Shown in pieces: positions 1-12,457 of a stretch of 64,000 nt of DNA. The notes under the pieces are model-generated. The model did no database searches and was not told the DNA's origin. It was given only the letters and a program-made list of their open reading frames with translations. This stretch comes from Geosiphon pyriformis uo1 (taxonomy: Eukaryota > Fungi > Glomeromycota): NCBI GenBank assembly GCA_016748015.1, contig JAAOMT010000295.1, positions 310,001 to 374,000 of the forward strand, in the 5' to 3' direction. Each line of letters starts with the position of its first letter. Positions within the stretch are counted from its first letter, which is position 1. The position numbers and the translations under genes were made by a program.

Positions 1-530
1 TGTTACCAACTTTATTGATGAGGTATGTTGAAGATTTATGAAAAATCCTTAACCCTTTAATTGTTGTGAGTATTGATAGGCTAACTTTCTATACACAGCA
101 CCCAGGTGGTGAAGAGGTGCTTCTTGATGAAGGAGGTAAAGACGCCACAGAGGCTTTTGATGATGTAGGTCATTCTGAAGAGGCCTATGAAATTTTGAAA
201 AGACACTACATTGGTGAATTAAAGGATGTAAGTGAATGATGAACTTATTCAAAACTTTATAAGTTCAATCATTTATAGGGTTATTCTTGAAATTTCTTCT
301 ACCTAGGCTCCACCTCCATCAATAACGATTAAAAGCACCCCTTATGAAAAAACAACGCAACCTGAATCCCCCAGGTATTGTTGATGTGATGTGAATATTT
401 AAGATCTCTTGAAGGCAATTATTTAATTTATGGTTTTTTTTATTTTTTGCTATCTAGTAATTTCGGAATTTTCATTCCGATCGCAGTGCTTATTGCTTAT
501 ATTGCCTACAAATACGTCTCCCAATCTTAA
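1..530 (+). CDS. CYB5: Cytochrome b5, tail-anchored (5' part outside window); exons <1-22, 99-227, 307-374, 458-530
   Basis: Spliced translation VTNFIDE|HPGGEEVLLDEGGKDATEAFDDVGHSEEAYEILKRHYIGELKD has the heme ligands (HPGG, GHS). C-terminal hydrophobic anchor FGIFIPIAVLIAYIAY. GT-AG introns; TAA ends at 530. Confidence 0.95.
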
Positions 531-829
531 AATTATTAATATTGATCTTTATTTATATCGCCTAATACTGTTCCTCTGAACAATTCTTTTGAAAATATCC
601 CAAGTTTACCAATTCCTAATAATTATGGCATAAGATATTTATGATCCTGAAGTAGTGCGATCCAATCTTTAGATTAAATAATCTGTTTATATTATCGATT
701 TCGATACTGAAATTTAAGGATTGGTTAGGTTCAAACTGAATAGACGCACTACCGAGATCAATCCACCTTGCTTTAATGTGTAAATTTCAAGTATTATCTA
801 ATGCCAAAATATTTTTGTTAAAAGTATCT

Positions 830-3200
830 ATCATTGAGTGTTAAGAAAAATAGTTTCAGTTAAAAGCAGTTTTGTATTATTTACAATCAAAAAAATTTCT
901 TGTTTAATAAAAAATAACAACTTAACAAAACTAAAGTATTTCGACCAAACACCACACTTTTTACCAAATTTACTATCTTAGTCTTAACCAATTTGGCCAC
1001 TTTAATCAATTTTATAGTTTTATTAAATCATTTCTTAAAAACAATACTCTTAACAAAGACTATTATTGGCCTAAGTAATAATGTTTCTAAATTTGGATTT
1101 ATTAGCATTTATTTTATTTAACCAATGTCAAATGTCATAATATTTACTTACAATTCCAGCTTTTTTGTTAATATTTACATATATAAAGACATAATTTAAT
1201 AAATTCATCTTATTACATTTTAAGCATATAATATTGAAGTAATTTTTATTATACAACAATATTTTTATAACATATATGTAAATTTTAACAGTTATTTTAT
1301 TTGTTAATTGAAAATTAAGATACCAAATTATATTGTTTTTTTATTTAAAATGTTTATTTAAGCATAAATATTTTTACATTATTTTTTATTAATCAAATTT
1401 TTTAAATTATTAATTATAATTGTATATTTACAGTTATTAATATTATTAATTAATTTATTTGTTTTTAATTTTAATTTTTTTATTAATACATATTTTTAAA
1501 GTTTAATTTATTAGTATTTAAAATTATTTATTTATTTATTTAAATATTATAAATATTTTTTAATTATAAATTTTTTTAATTTAGTTAAAATAAATAATAT
1601 ATATATTATTTATTTTTATATTAATTATTTGGTTTAATATTTTAATTTTTTTTTTACTTTAATAAAATATGATTTAATTACTATTTAATATAATATAATT
1701 ATAACAAATTTTAAATTAAATATAATTTATGTGTTTTTTACATATAACCAATTATTTAAGCCAGCTAAAACTAAATTATATTAAATTTATAAAAGCAAAC
1801 TTATTGAAAACAATTACTTATTATTATTAATATTATTATTTAATAAGTGTAATTCTAATATAAAAAAACAAACCAAGTAATATTAAATAAATATAATTCA
1901 TGTATTTATTATATATAACTAGTTACTTAAGCTAATTAAAACAATACTATATACCAACACAAATCTCTACACTATTTTTTACACCCAAAAATAATAAACA
2001 AATACTATATAACTTAAAATTATCAGCAAATAACTTAATAATACCAAGTAAATAAATTATTTTAATTAATAAAAAACTAAACAGATTACAAAAAACATTT
2101 AACAATACTTTTATATTACTTATTAGACTATTTTTTTTTATGTTTATTCTAAATTTTAACTTAAATATTCATAATTTACTACAATATTTTTTAATCAAAT
2201 GGCAAATAAAATCAATTATTACTGATACAGCTTTTTTATTATTATTAAAAACCAATATTATCTTATTAAATTAATTCTTAAAAACAAAACTTTTGCACAA
2301 AATTGTATAAATGTCAATATTTAAAACTTTTTAAAAAAAATACACAGTATTAAAGACAATAAAAAAAACAAGTTCTTATTAAAAACTTTTACAGTTTAAT
2401 ATAATTAAACAAGATTTCAGATTACATAAAGACATTTTTTGGATAAATAAAAACATAATTAGGCAGTTTAATATTACTACACAACAAACACAAAATACTT
2501 AAATAATTCATATTATAAAGTTTTTTTTTAACTACAATTGGTAATTTTTATAAACTGTTTTTATTAAATATGTATAAAAAGCAGTTAAAGTTTTGTTAAT
2601 AAACCTAAAAAACATATAAGAGTTTAAGTATCAAATCATAATAGTATAAGTCTAGTTTATGTTTTAGATAAGTGAGTTATTTATAATTTTTATACCAAAA
2701 TTTGCTTTCTATTAAGCATAACAAATAATTTAATAGATATTATAAACAAAATAACAAGTATTGTTTAATATAACTAAACTATTAGCCATAATAAAATTTT
2801 TTATAAATCTTAACAGGAAAAATTAAAAAAGACTGGACTATAACACATGTAAAAGCATTTGCTTGATTATTATTAATGTTTTTTAAATAATCTTTAACTT
2901 TTATTCACTTTACAAAAATGTTTTTTAACTTAATTAAATTAGTTATATGATGTTTTTTTATTTAATATTTGTTTTGAAAATCAAACAAATTAAGTTTAAG
3001 TTCTAAAACACACATATTAATAGCAATTTGACAGTCTATATACAAATTATTAAACAAAAAAAAGAACACATTTTAATATTAAAGCAATTACCTATAATTT
3101 TATTATTGTTAAAAGCAGTAATTTATGTATCTTAACACTTATGTTTATTTTAATATCAGAAAGATAAATTGTTGCTCTATTAACTATTCTTATAATATTT
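830..3200. repeat. Extremely AT-rich region, probably hypermutated TE ghost(s)
   Basis: Abrupt loss of G/C and CpG after the cytochrome b5 3' region; no ORFs; same texture as identifiable ghosts elsewhere in the window. Confidence 0.55.
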
Positions 3201-3346
3201 AATAAATTATAAAACTTCTTTCTCTCCTTCATCCCAAATTCTTAAAAAAGAGTCAAAATTTTGAAAGAAGTTTTTCTGTTTTTTATATACTGTCTTTCAC
3301 TATTTTACAAGAAACAAACCTTTTCGTTGTCAGTCCAGCTGCCACT

Positions 3347-5188
3347 ATGAGTGGCCCTAGTGTTAAGAAAAAATCAACCAGAGTTTCGACCACTGGTTTG
3401 GTTGGTGGTGGTTCAGGTCATAAAATCAAGAAACCTCCCGGTGATGCTAAGCTCTCAAGTGGTGATACAACTCTCGAAAGTGATAGGTCTGGTCATGTGG
3501 TCGGACAGTTTAATGGCATGAATACTAATGGAGAAGCTTCCGAAGGTGAGGAAGTACCTGATTCCAAGATGAATACGCCTCAAGCCAAGCATTTCAATAA
3601 TGGTGTAACTGTTGGCTCTCCTCTTGGCTCTATTAATTATGACATGGATGATGAAGCGGAAGTTTCTTTTCCTCCCCGTTTGTCTTTCTCTCTGGAAAAA
3701 GTGTGGGTGGATCCCAAAATTGTTAAGTCTCAAGTGGAAGTTGCTGTAAAGAAATCGTTCGCTTTGGACATCAATCTATCTGCTGTGGAAGGGAAATCAG
3801 CAATGGCCAAGACTCAGGTTATCAGGAAATTATTTTCAACAATCAATGGTTTTGGGGGGGCCACTACCCCCTCAAAATTTGAAGGGATTATCTGATCAAC
3901 GTTTACCTTATCAGAAAGCATGGAGAAAGCTGCATCATTGGCCAGGAAAAATAACATCATAGTAAACAGCAATCTTAAGAAACAAAGAATTTGCTCAGAT
4001 CGGGCTGTAGTAATCAAAAAAATTTCCATGGACATGCCAAAGAAAATGATCATCGCCGCAGTATCCGAGTTTGGTCAAGTGGTGTCAATCCGAGTGCAAC
4101 TCATTGGGCTGTGGCAGAAGACTGTGGTAGAGTTTGCCAAATCAAGTCAGGCAGATCAGTTGGCAGCTAAGTGGTTGTTCTTAATCAGGAAAGATTCAGT
4201 GCGTGTAGTCAAGGCTGTAGGGGATCATGAGACATGGACATCTAAGGATCGGTATAAGGTGCTTTTGTTTACTTTACCAGTAAGAACAACAGCTCATGAT
4301 CTTGGTGATCTCTTGGCAGGAGCTGGTAAGAAAACTTGTGTCATAAATTGGTCTTTGGACACTGGCAATAGAGTTCGTTGTGCTGTGGTTTGTTTTGAGA
4401 ATAATGAGATATTGGAGTCTGCATTTCATACAGAGCCTATTTTTGGTGGGGTGAAACTTTCTTGGGCTAGATTGGACCTCGTTTGGTGTGAATGGTGTGA
4501 GAAACTTGGTCATTCTGTTCTAGAGTGTGATGCTGAGATCTCAGCTTCTACTAAACTGTCCAAGTCATTTAAAAGAGTTGTCTCTGATGAGAACTGCCTC
4601 CAGTTGGCCAAGCTGTATGCGAAAAAAGGTGTGTCTATTTCTCGACTGGCTGCATTTGGTGGCAAATCTTGGACCCAGGTTGTCTCTCTAATATTTTCAT
4701 CTGATGGTTCTCACCTCGGTTCTGGGTCTGGTTTTGGCTCTTCTTCTGGTGCCTCAGGTGTGGTTGATCACTCGTCTCCTGTGGTTTCTGTTAATTCATT
4801 TTTGGAAACTCATCTCGCTTCTTTGGAGCATTCTTTGGAACTTTTTACAGATAAGATGTCGGGTATTGTAAACAAACTTGACAATTTAAACTTGGTGCCC
4901 ATGGCTCTCATCTCCTTTTCTCAGCTATCAGTTATTTCTGTTATGGCAAATGTGGAATTTGGTTCGAATATGGTCCTGGATGATTCTAAGCCTGTGGCTC
5001 TTCCTTCCTTTTTAGTTTCCTCTGGTGTCTCTAATTTGGGTTTGAGTAGTTCGAAAATTTTGACTTCAAAAGTGGGCTGTTTGGAGTCAAAGTTGATGGC
5101 TCTCGAAGCTTCGATTTGTTCGGTATTGAAGAAGTTAGATCAGGTGTGTGCTGGTTCGAGTTTTCCAGTCTCTTCTTTATCTCAATGA
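3347..5188 (+). pseudogene. LINE ORF1 (nucleic-acid-binding protein with CCHC knuckle); one in-frame stop at 3893
   Basis: ORFs 3347-3895 and 3920-5188 share a frame. CEWCEKLGHSVLEC = CX2CX4HX4C. Closely matches 30910-32754. Confidence 0.88.
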
Positions 5189-8100
5189 GCAGTTTGGTTT
5201 GGAGAATTGTGACATGTAATGTGAGGGGTGTGAACATTCCTGCCAAACAGGACAATGTAGTTAGATGGCATGTAGATTCTGGTAATAACATTTCTATTAT
5301 TATGGAGACAAAGTTGAAATCTGGCATTAAGCCATAGATTATGAATAGATTCCCTGGTGTTTGCATTTTTACATCAGGTCTTGATGCGGGTTCTTCTGGT
5401 GCTGGCATGGCTGTTATTATGAACTCTTTGGTGGCTTAGCATGTTTCAAAGATTGATGAGATTCCTGGTCAGTTGATTTCGATTCGGCTTTTGTTTAAAA
5501 GCAAACTTTTGGTTACAATCTTGGGTATCTACACAGATGTGTCTGCTAATGTGCGTTTTGGCCAGGCTTTTGCTGTCAACTCCATGATTGCTAGTGCTAT
5601 CAACTCAAGCTCTTTTGTCATCTTGGATGGGGACTTCAATGAATCAGATACCAAGAAAAGTGCTAGTCTCAGAAAATGTGTGGATCTGGGTCTTGTTAAC
5701 TCTTTTAAAGGACACTCTTTGGCTAGTTCACCTACGTGGAGCAACTTCAGAGATGTGAAAAAAGTTATTGATTATATCTTTGTTAATGAAAACTTAGTTT
5801 CTGCTCTGATGAAGCGGGACATTGGTGCAGTTTTGGAGTTTTTTGACACGGATCATAAGATGATTTCAGTTTCAATTGGGCTGGGGGGTCTTCTTGATGC
5901 TTAGCTAAACAGTATTTGCAAACAGGCCAACAGAAACAGATGGAAATTTGACTTTAAGAATGCTGACTCTTCCAAATGGTTACAGTTTAAGGATAATGTG
6001 TCTGCTGCTCTGTTCTTGGTCATAAATAGTTTTTTGAATGCTAAGGTTCTTAATAACCTGGATAAGATGTGGGATGTGTTGTGTGGAGTTATGATGAGAG
6101 CTGCTGATACTATGTTTTCTAGGCACTGGTTTAGCGAATTTGACTGTTCAAGGAACAGACATTCATTGAGGTTCCTTGGACTTGAATTGTTGATAGCTAA
6201 GATCATCAAGAGTTTGAATACAGGTGATAAGCATAAGTGTGATCGCTTAATCAAGAGATGGTTTTTGGTCAATTGTAAAGAGGCTTTCAAGTTTGATTTC
6301 TTGGTTCAAAATAGAGCTAATTCGGTGGAGGTGTTCAAGCATCTGTCTCAGGTTAGAAAGTTTTATAGAAAGTCTAAGTATCATGAATCCAGAATGGCTA
6401 GGGATATGGCAATTCAGAGTGCTATCAATAAATGCATGGAGAATTTCAGTTCTAACAAGAGTGGCATGATTAGGAGTGTTTTGGAGCAGCCTTTTCATAA
6501 GGTTGTGTTGGACCACTTGGTTATAGGCAATGAACTGGTTTTGGATCCAATTGAGGTGAAAAGCAGGGTCGACAGTATCATGGTTAACTGGACAAGAGAG
6601 CATATGTCACCTTCAGTGATGCCCTCCAGATGGGTCCACCAATATGCGCCTTTGGATTATGTGAAAGATGATGTCTTCTCTGATGTCATGAATGACATTT
6701 GTTTCAATGAATTGGTGAATGTGATTTTGAATCTATCTGATGACAAAGCAGCTGGCCTGTCTGGTATCTCTAATGAGCTATGAAAACATTGTAGTGATGA
6801 TATGCTTGGGTGTTTGTTGGGTCTCTTGAATTCTTGCCTAAATACCAATGAGATTCCAGTCCTTTAGAAAAAAGCTTGGGTTTCTATGATTCCCAAACCA
6901 TATGAATGGAATGGCATTCTTACAAATACAAGGCCTATTGCATTAATTGAGACAGCCAGAAAGATACTCTCTAAATTATTGTCTGACTGTATCTCTTCAG
7001 CCTGTTCCAGATTTGATGTTCTCTGGGGTGACAATTTCTCAGTCCTGAAGGGTACATCCACTCAATCTCCAGTTTTTGTTGTTGGTTTGATTGTGGAAGA
7101 TGCTCTGGAAAAAAATAAAGAGGTTTAGTTGGTGTTGCAGGATATGCATAAGGCCTATGATTCCGTTGGTTGGTGGCAGTTGGAGGCCAGTTTGAAGTGG
7201 ATCAAAATGTGTAACAAATTTGTGTTGTTTTTTGGGAACTTACATGTAGGCAGGGTTAATAGGGTGATGACTGATTTTGGCCTTTCGGATGGATACAGTG
7301 TATTGGATGGTTTAGATCAAGAGAAGGTCTTTTCTCCTCTCTTGTAGAGAATTTTTTATGACTCTTTGTTGTGCGAGGTTAAGAATCATGAACATTTGTA
7401 TGGTTACAGAATCAATACCAACTTTGTAGCAAAATCTGGTAGAATTGAGTCTAGTGGTGGTTGGTCTTCATTCTTGGTGGCAGGTGCTTTTGTGGATGAT
7501 ACTATCTGGATTGGTAATGGTCAAGCATCGACGCAACGTATCTTAGACATTGTGGACAAATTTTTTGAGGTCAATAATATCGCAATTAACAGTGAAAAAA
7601 CTGTGGCGATTCCTATCAACAAAAGAGTTTCGGCTGTGTCTTTGCATATTAATGGACTATCTATCTCTATTGCCAAACAGGGTGAGGCTCATAGATATCT
7701 GGGCATTTTTTTGTCAACAGATGGGTTGTCTAAACCCAGTTTAGCCAAAGCTCAGTTAGATGTCAGGTTCTTCTCCAATATGGTTCTCAGGAAGACTTTG
7801 ACAGACAAACAATTTGTGTACTTGGTGTCTTCAGTTCTGCAACCCATTGTCAGCTATCGCACAAAATTCAGCTTTGTTTCTAAGAGTGTCTGCTTAAAAT
7901 GAGATGTTATGCTGAGGAAGGGTCTCAAATTTAAAGCAAATTTGCCCCAAAATTTTCCCAGTGAGGCTTTGTATCATCCCTCTCTTTATGGCATGAAGAC
8001 TTTTGAACAGATCCAGGCTGAAGGAAAGGTGGCTTTATTGGTTTGGTTCTCAAATGCACCTGGTATTCTGGGGCATTTGTTTGAACACTATTTTTTAGAT

Positions 8101-9172
8101 CTACAGATATTAAGATAGGCTCCGTTAAACCTCTTGCAATATTCTGTGAAGTTGAGGGTTAGTCCCTCTAACAATTTTCTTGCTGGTGTGGTTAGAATTT
8201 TTTTGGACAATGATATATGTCTGGCCAACAATTTGCTTTGTGCTTTTCGTGGTGCTGGTTGCTTTTTTGTGTCAACAATCTTGGGTAGCTCCTTTTATTT
8301 TGGTGTGGTCCCCTCTTTAAAGCATTTTGGTGTTGCCTTTAGTAACAGGTTATTAGGCAAGGATGGATCAGTTCTCAGTTGGAGGACTTTTCACTACTGG
8401 AAGAGACTAAGTTCTAGGAGTTCTGTACTCTTGTGGTACTCCAAAGTTTTTGCATACATGAATGATCATCGTTTCATTTCTAGTGGTCTATCCACAGTCT
8501 CTGGTGATTCAAGCTTTTCTGATTCAGAAAGATATTTGGTTGTTTGAGAATGTTTGCATGAATCCTGGTCTGATGCTTTCACAGTGTATACTGATGGTTC
8601 TCTGTCTCATTTGGGCACTGCAGAGATTGTGGGTGGGGCTGCAGCTTATTTTCCCAATGCTGGTGTGGGTATTGGTGTTGAGGTCAGTGGGTTGCTTTCT
8701 TCTATTATGGTTGAGCTTCACACTATTGCTCTAGTGCTGGAATGTGTTCTTTTTTTGTGTTCGGTTGTTATTAACACTGATAGTCAGACTGCTATTGATG
8801 CATGTGTTTCAGAATTGAGTTTGATTGCTCCAGATTTCAGGAACAAGTGTTGGGTGGAAAGGCATTATATTCGCAAGTTGATCGAGGATAAGGACCTTTC
8901 TGTTGGGTGGGTAAAGGTGAAGAGCCATTCGGGTAATGTTCACAATGACAAGGCCGATGCTTTGGCTGGACATGCTGTTCATTCTGATTTGTCTCTTCCT
9001 ATGAGTGTTCGGAAAAGATACATTATGACTCATGGTCAGGTTGTCTTGGGCAATGCTTGACATTTTGTTTGGAATATTTATAGGTCTATCTGTTGTGCTC
9101 AATGGAAGGCTGGCCCTGGCTCTGTGGTGATCGATGAGGAGTTAATTGTGAGGGTTGATTGGAAGTGCATGG

Positions 9173-10053
9173 TGTTACAGGTGATTATTTCTGTTGTTGA
9201 ATTGAATAACAAACCTGTAACTTGATGCTCAAAAGCTACTTTTGTGGATAATGTGAAGAAGGTATGGTATCTGAAGGTTTTGGTTGATCTGAAGGTTTTG
9301 TTGTGGAGTTCTTTGTATAATAGACAGAGATTCAGTGGTAATGGTAGTAGTTTTCCTGGAGTCACAATTATGCCCAATTTTTTTCTCAGCTTGGCGGCCG
9401 GATTTATTCTGGCAGTTGTGCCCTTTTGGTAAGTTATCTGTTAATATATATAATTCTACCCTTATTTCTGGGTCTTTTACCAGGCTATCCTTGACGTCAA
9501 TAACTCAGTGCTTAATCTTTTTACTCAATTAGTATACAACAACAAAATCAAAGAAAGAAAAAAAAATAAAATTAAAGAAAATAAAGAAAATAAGCCAAGA
9601 CAATTCGGTACATTAGTATCTCGTTAATAGCCATGATCAAGAGCTATTGTTCTAGCGTGGTTAAGTATCAATTACTATTAACATAAAGTGTTGATAGTGG
9701 AGAGTGGATTGAGATATGGAATAATTATTTATTTGATGATTGGTTTCTTGGCTAAGGATTCTGTAGTATCAATTCTGTCTTTTCTGTTTCTAACACTACT
9801 GCTATATATACATAATTGGAATTCCTCAATTCCTTGATTCTTTATGACAGGAATCCTGGAATTTCTGGAATCCTGCAATTCTTTTGAGAGAAATCCTGCA
9901 ATTCTAGAATCCTGCAATTTCTTGTCAGGAAATCCTGAAATTCCTGGAATCCTGCAATTCCTAAGAGGAATCCTGGAATTCCACATTTACTACACTTACT
10001 TCTGATTGGCTAATAATTATGCTAATATATTTCCTATATTTCTATGAGTAACA
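9173..10053 (-). mobile_element. Solo LTR (family A/B), 881 bp, inserted in LINE ORF2
   Basis: Ends TGTTAC...GTAACA; 4-bp TSD ATGG (9169-9172)/ATGA (10054-10057); the LINE frame resumes exactly. Homologous to 19575-20411 and 28555-29383. TATA-like TATATATAG near 9802-9810 on the - strand. Confidence 0.93.
9822..9982. repeat. Imperfect tandem array of GAATCCTG(G/C)AATT(C) units in the LTR U3; also at ~20200-20340, ~20680-20740, ~29190-29315
   Basis: Repeated aatcctggaatt/aatcctgcaattc units visible in each LTR copy. Confidence 0.85.
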
Positions 10054-10899
10054 ATGACATCAGTTTGGCATCCGGACTCCCACATGCTGTCGGGCTTTAC
10101 AAGTCAAGCTTCAACTGTTCTCTGCACCTACTTAATGAAAGTGGTCCATAGGAAGTTGCCAGTTGCCATTTGTAAAAGATTGTATGATAAATGTTATCCT
10201 GGGGTTCTCTGTTTAATGTGTGGTGATGTTGAATTGTCGGATTATGTATTTACTTGTTGAAGTAAGGCAGCTGCGTGTACTGATATTTTGTTGGGCAGGA
10301 TTGCTTTGTGGAAGTCATTGCTGGTGGGCTGCTCTCCGGCATCCTCTCCTATGTTGCATACTCTGCTTGCTGGTTGTCATGATTTAGGAGCATATATGCG
10401 ACTGTGTAAAGGCTTCGTACTGAGAAATTGGGTCAATAAAGCTACAGTGCATTTCAAGGATTGCAATCGGGCTTTTTTGGTGATGGCTGATTTTGTTCGA
10501 TGTCTGGCAGAAAAACACCAGTGTGGTTTGTGGTTGATCAGGGCTAAGTTTAGAGTGGACATGGAATGTTGTGGGTTGGTCTGTGCTTTAGAAATTCTCG
10601 TTGGTCTTTCAGCTGATTCTATTGAACATTTGTTTGGTGGAGTTGTTCATCTTCTTGGGATTGATAAGGCATTTGCCATCAGTTTTGGTTTGCATAAGGC
10701 TAGCCTTTTTTTTTCTGGTATTTGTGATAATGTCAAAGTTTACGTAGGTGTGTAGTGTTGCCTAGATTGGCCTGAGTGGCTAGTCACATGTAGCAAATGC
10801 ATGAGCCACATTTAGTTAGATTCACTTAGCTTGCATCTGTATACTAGATAGTGGTTGGGCTGCACTCGTTAAACAATAAAAAATAAAAATAAAAATAAT

Positions 10900-11620
10900 A
10901 TTTAAGTTTTTTAATAAATTATTAGTGTAAATACTTATTATTTCTGTTTACAACTTATGTAAATGTTCTCTAATATTTGAAAATTCTTTTAAACAAAAAA
11001 GTTCAAGCAGTTAGAACTAAAAATAATTTTATTAAATTCAACAAAGAAATTATTCATATAAATCAAAGTTTTTTTAAATTATAATAATACCAGAATCCTA
11101 AAACACAATTTTTTTTAATAATAAAAAGTTTTTTAATTCATAATTAATTCATTCTTATTCAACAATCTGTTTTTAAATACAATACTAAAATGTTTTAATA
11201 AACAAACTATATTAAAATAATAAGAATTTTTTAATATTCTGAACATTAAAAAATAATTAGCATTATAAAATATACTAAACAAATTATTGGCCAGAGAAAT
11301 TTTGTTATCTAAAAAAATCTTTACAATGCTTACCAAAAAATTATTTACAGAGCTAACTTTTAACTTAACTGAATATTATAATAGATTTATAAATGTTTAA
11401 CTTAAAACTTGCAAATTCAAAAAATTATGTTTAAATAATTAACTAAAAATTTTTGCTGTATTAAAAAATCTAACTACTAAAGCTATTTTGGTTTTTATCT
11501 ATATTTGTTTAAAAAAACCAATTCATACAGAAATAGACAGTACAAAGTTTTATTAGAAAAGTTTTTAGACAAATTGGCTTTACAGTTACTTTTTATATAA
11601 ATAATAATTAAATTATTATT
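10900..11620 (-). pseudogene. Heavily mutated LINE ORF2 fragment (segment between RT and RNase H)
   Basis: ORF 11133-11336 IVKIFLDNKISLANNLFSIF...LLKHFSIVFKNRLLNK aligns to VVRIFLDNDICLANNLLCAF...SLKHFGVAFSNRLLGK of LINE copy 1. Confidence 0.85.
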
Positions 11621-12457
11621 ATTAAAAACCAAATTAACTAATTATATAATAGTTTTATTTATATTAAACTTAATATTAAAAATTTAAAGCTTTTAAAAAA
11701 CTATTATTTTAACAAAAATTTAAATTATTATGAATATATATTATTATTAAATATATTAAATATATTAGATTTTACTTTAAAATTAATTATTTTTTAGCTT
11801 AAATTATTAATAATTTTTTTTAAAATGTTAATATTTTTCTTAATTATAAGAATCTTTTATTTTATTTTTAAAAAAATATATTTATCAATTTTGTAATTAA
11901 AATAATTAAAAAGCTAATATATTTAATAATAAACAAAATTAACTTAACTTAAATTTTAAAAAATCCAATTTAAAACTAATTAGAAAATTAATAACAACAA
12001 TAAAAAAACTAAACAGACAATAATTTTAACATAAAATTTTATACCAATAAAATAATTTTTAAAATTTTTAAAATTAATTACAAGTTTTAATAAAAGCTTT
12101 AAAAAATAAAATAAAAATATTTTGTAATTGAAACCAAATAATTTAAACTTTAATATTTAAAACAATATTAATAATCAGAAGTTTTTTATTAAATATAACT
12201 TTTTTTTAAAATATTGGTTTTAAATATAATAGTATTTAAGTTTTTTTAAATATTAAAAATAATAATAGTATACTTTAATGATTAAATAAAATTAAAAAAC
12301 CAAAAAATAAACATATGTAATTTTATATATAAAAAGCTAAATTACCAATTTTAAAAATAATACAACCAAAAAAAAGTTGCTAATTTGGTTTTAAAAATAT
12401 TATTTAAAATAAAAAAAAATTTTAATACAAAAACTAATTAACAAACCAAAAAAATAT

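Larger units (their letters stand above)
5185..10755 (+). pseudogene. LINE ORF2: APE endonuclease, reverse transcriptase, RNase H, C-terminal Cys-rich motif; 12 in-frame stops and an LTR insertion
   Basis: APE: TCNVRG, ETK, GDFNE, IDYIF, TDH. RT: RPIALIE, QDMHKAYDSV, AFVDDT, RYLGI. RNase H: VYTDGS, TDSQ, KVKSHSG, NDKADALA. Cys motif CLMCG. All fragments lie in one frame. Confidence 0.95.
3211..10900 (+). mobile_element. Full-length LINE retrotransposon, copy 1 (inactive; interrupted by a solo LTR)
   Basis: 5' end AAAACTTCTTT...TCCCAAATT is shared with copies at ~20964 and ~30775. ORF1, ORF2, 3' UTR and an A-rich tail at ~10877-10900. Confidence 0.93.

Noticed and set aside
49-252. Antisense and alternate-frame ORFs over cytochrome b5, the LINEs, RPL3, CK2 beta, H1 and TSC1
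   Set aside because: Shadows of recognisable genes; no motifs of their own.
3190-3215. Target-site duplications for the full-length LINEs
   Set aside because: Flanks are A/T-rich and mutated; no unambiguous TSD could be assigned.
5335-5337. TAG at the same codon in ORF2 of both LINEs (also 32901), suggesting programmed readthrough
   Set aside because: The position fits a Trp in the APE domain and TGG>TAG is the commonest lesion here, so parallel mutation is sufficient.
9600-9710. Possible self-cleaving ribozyme in the LTR core or LINE UTRs
   Set aside because: Could not fit hammerhead (CUGANGA/GAAA), twister or HDV-like consensus by eye.
9822-9982. Tandem repeats resembling a CRISPR array; ORF 9729-9986
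   Set aside because: No unique spacers and no cas genes; this is an LTR U3 minisatellite and the ORF is a by-product.
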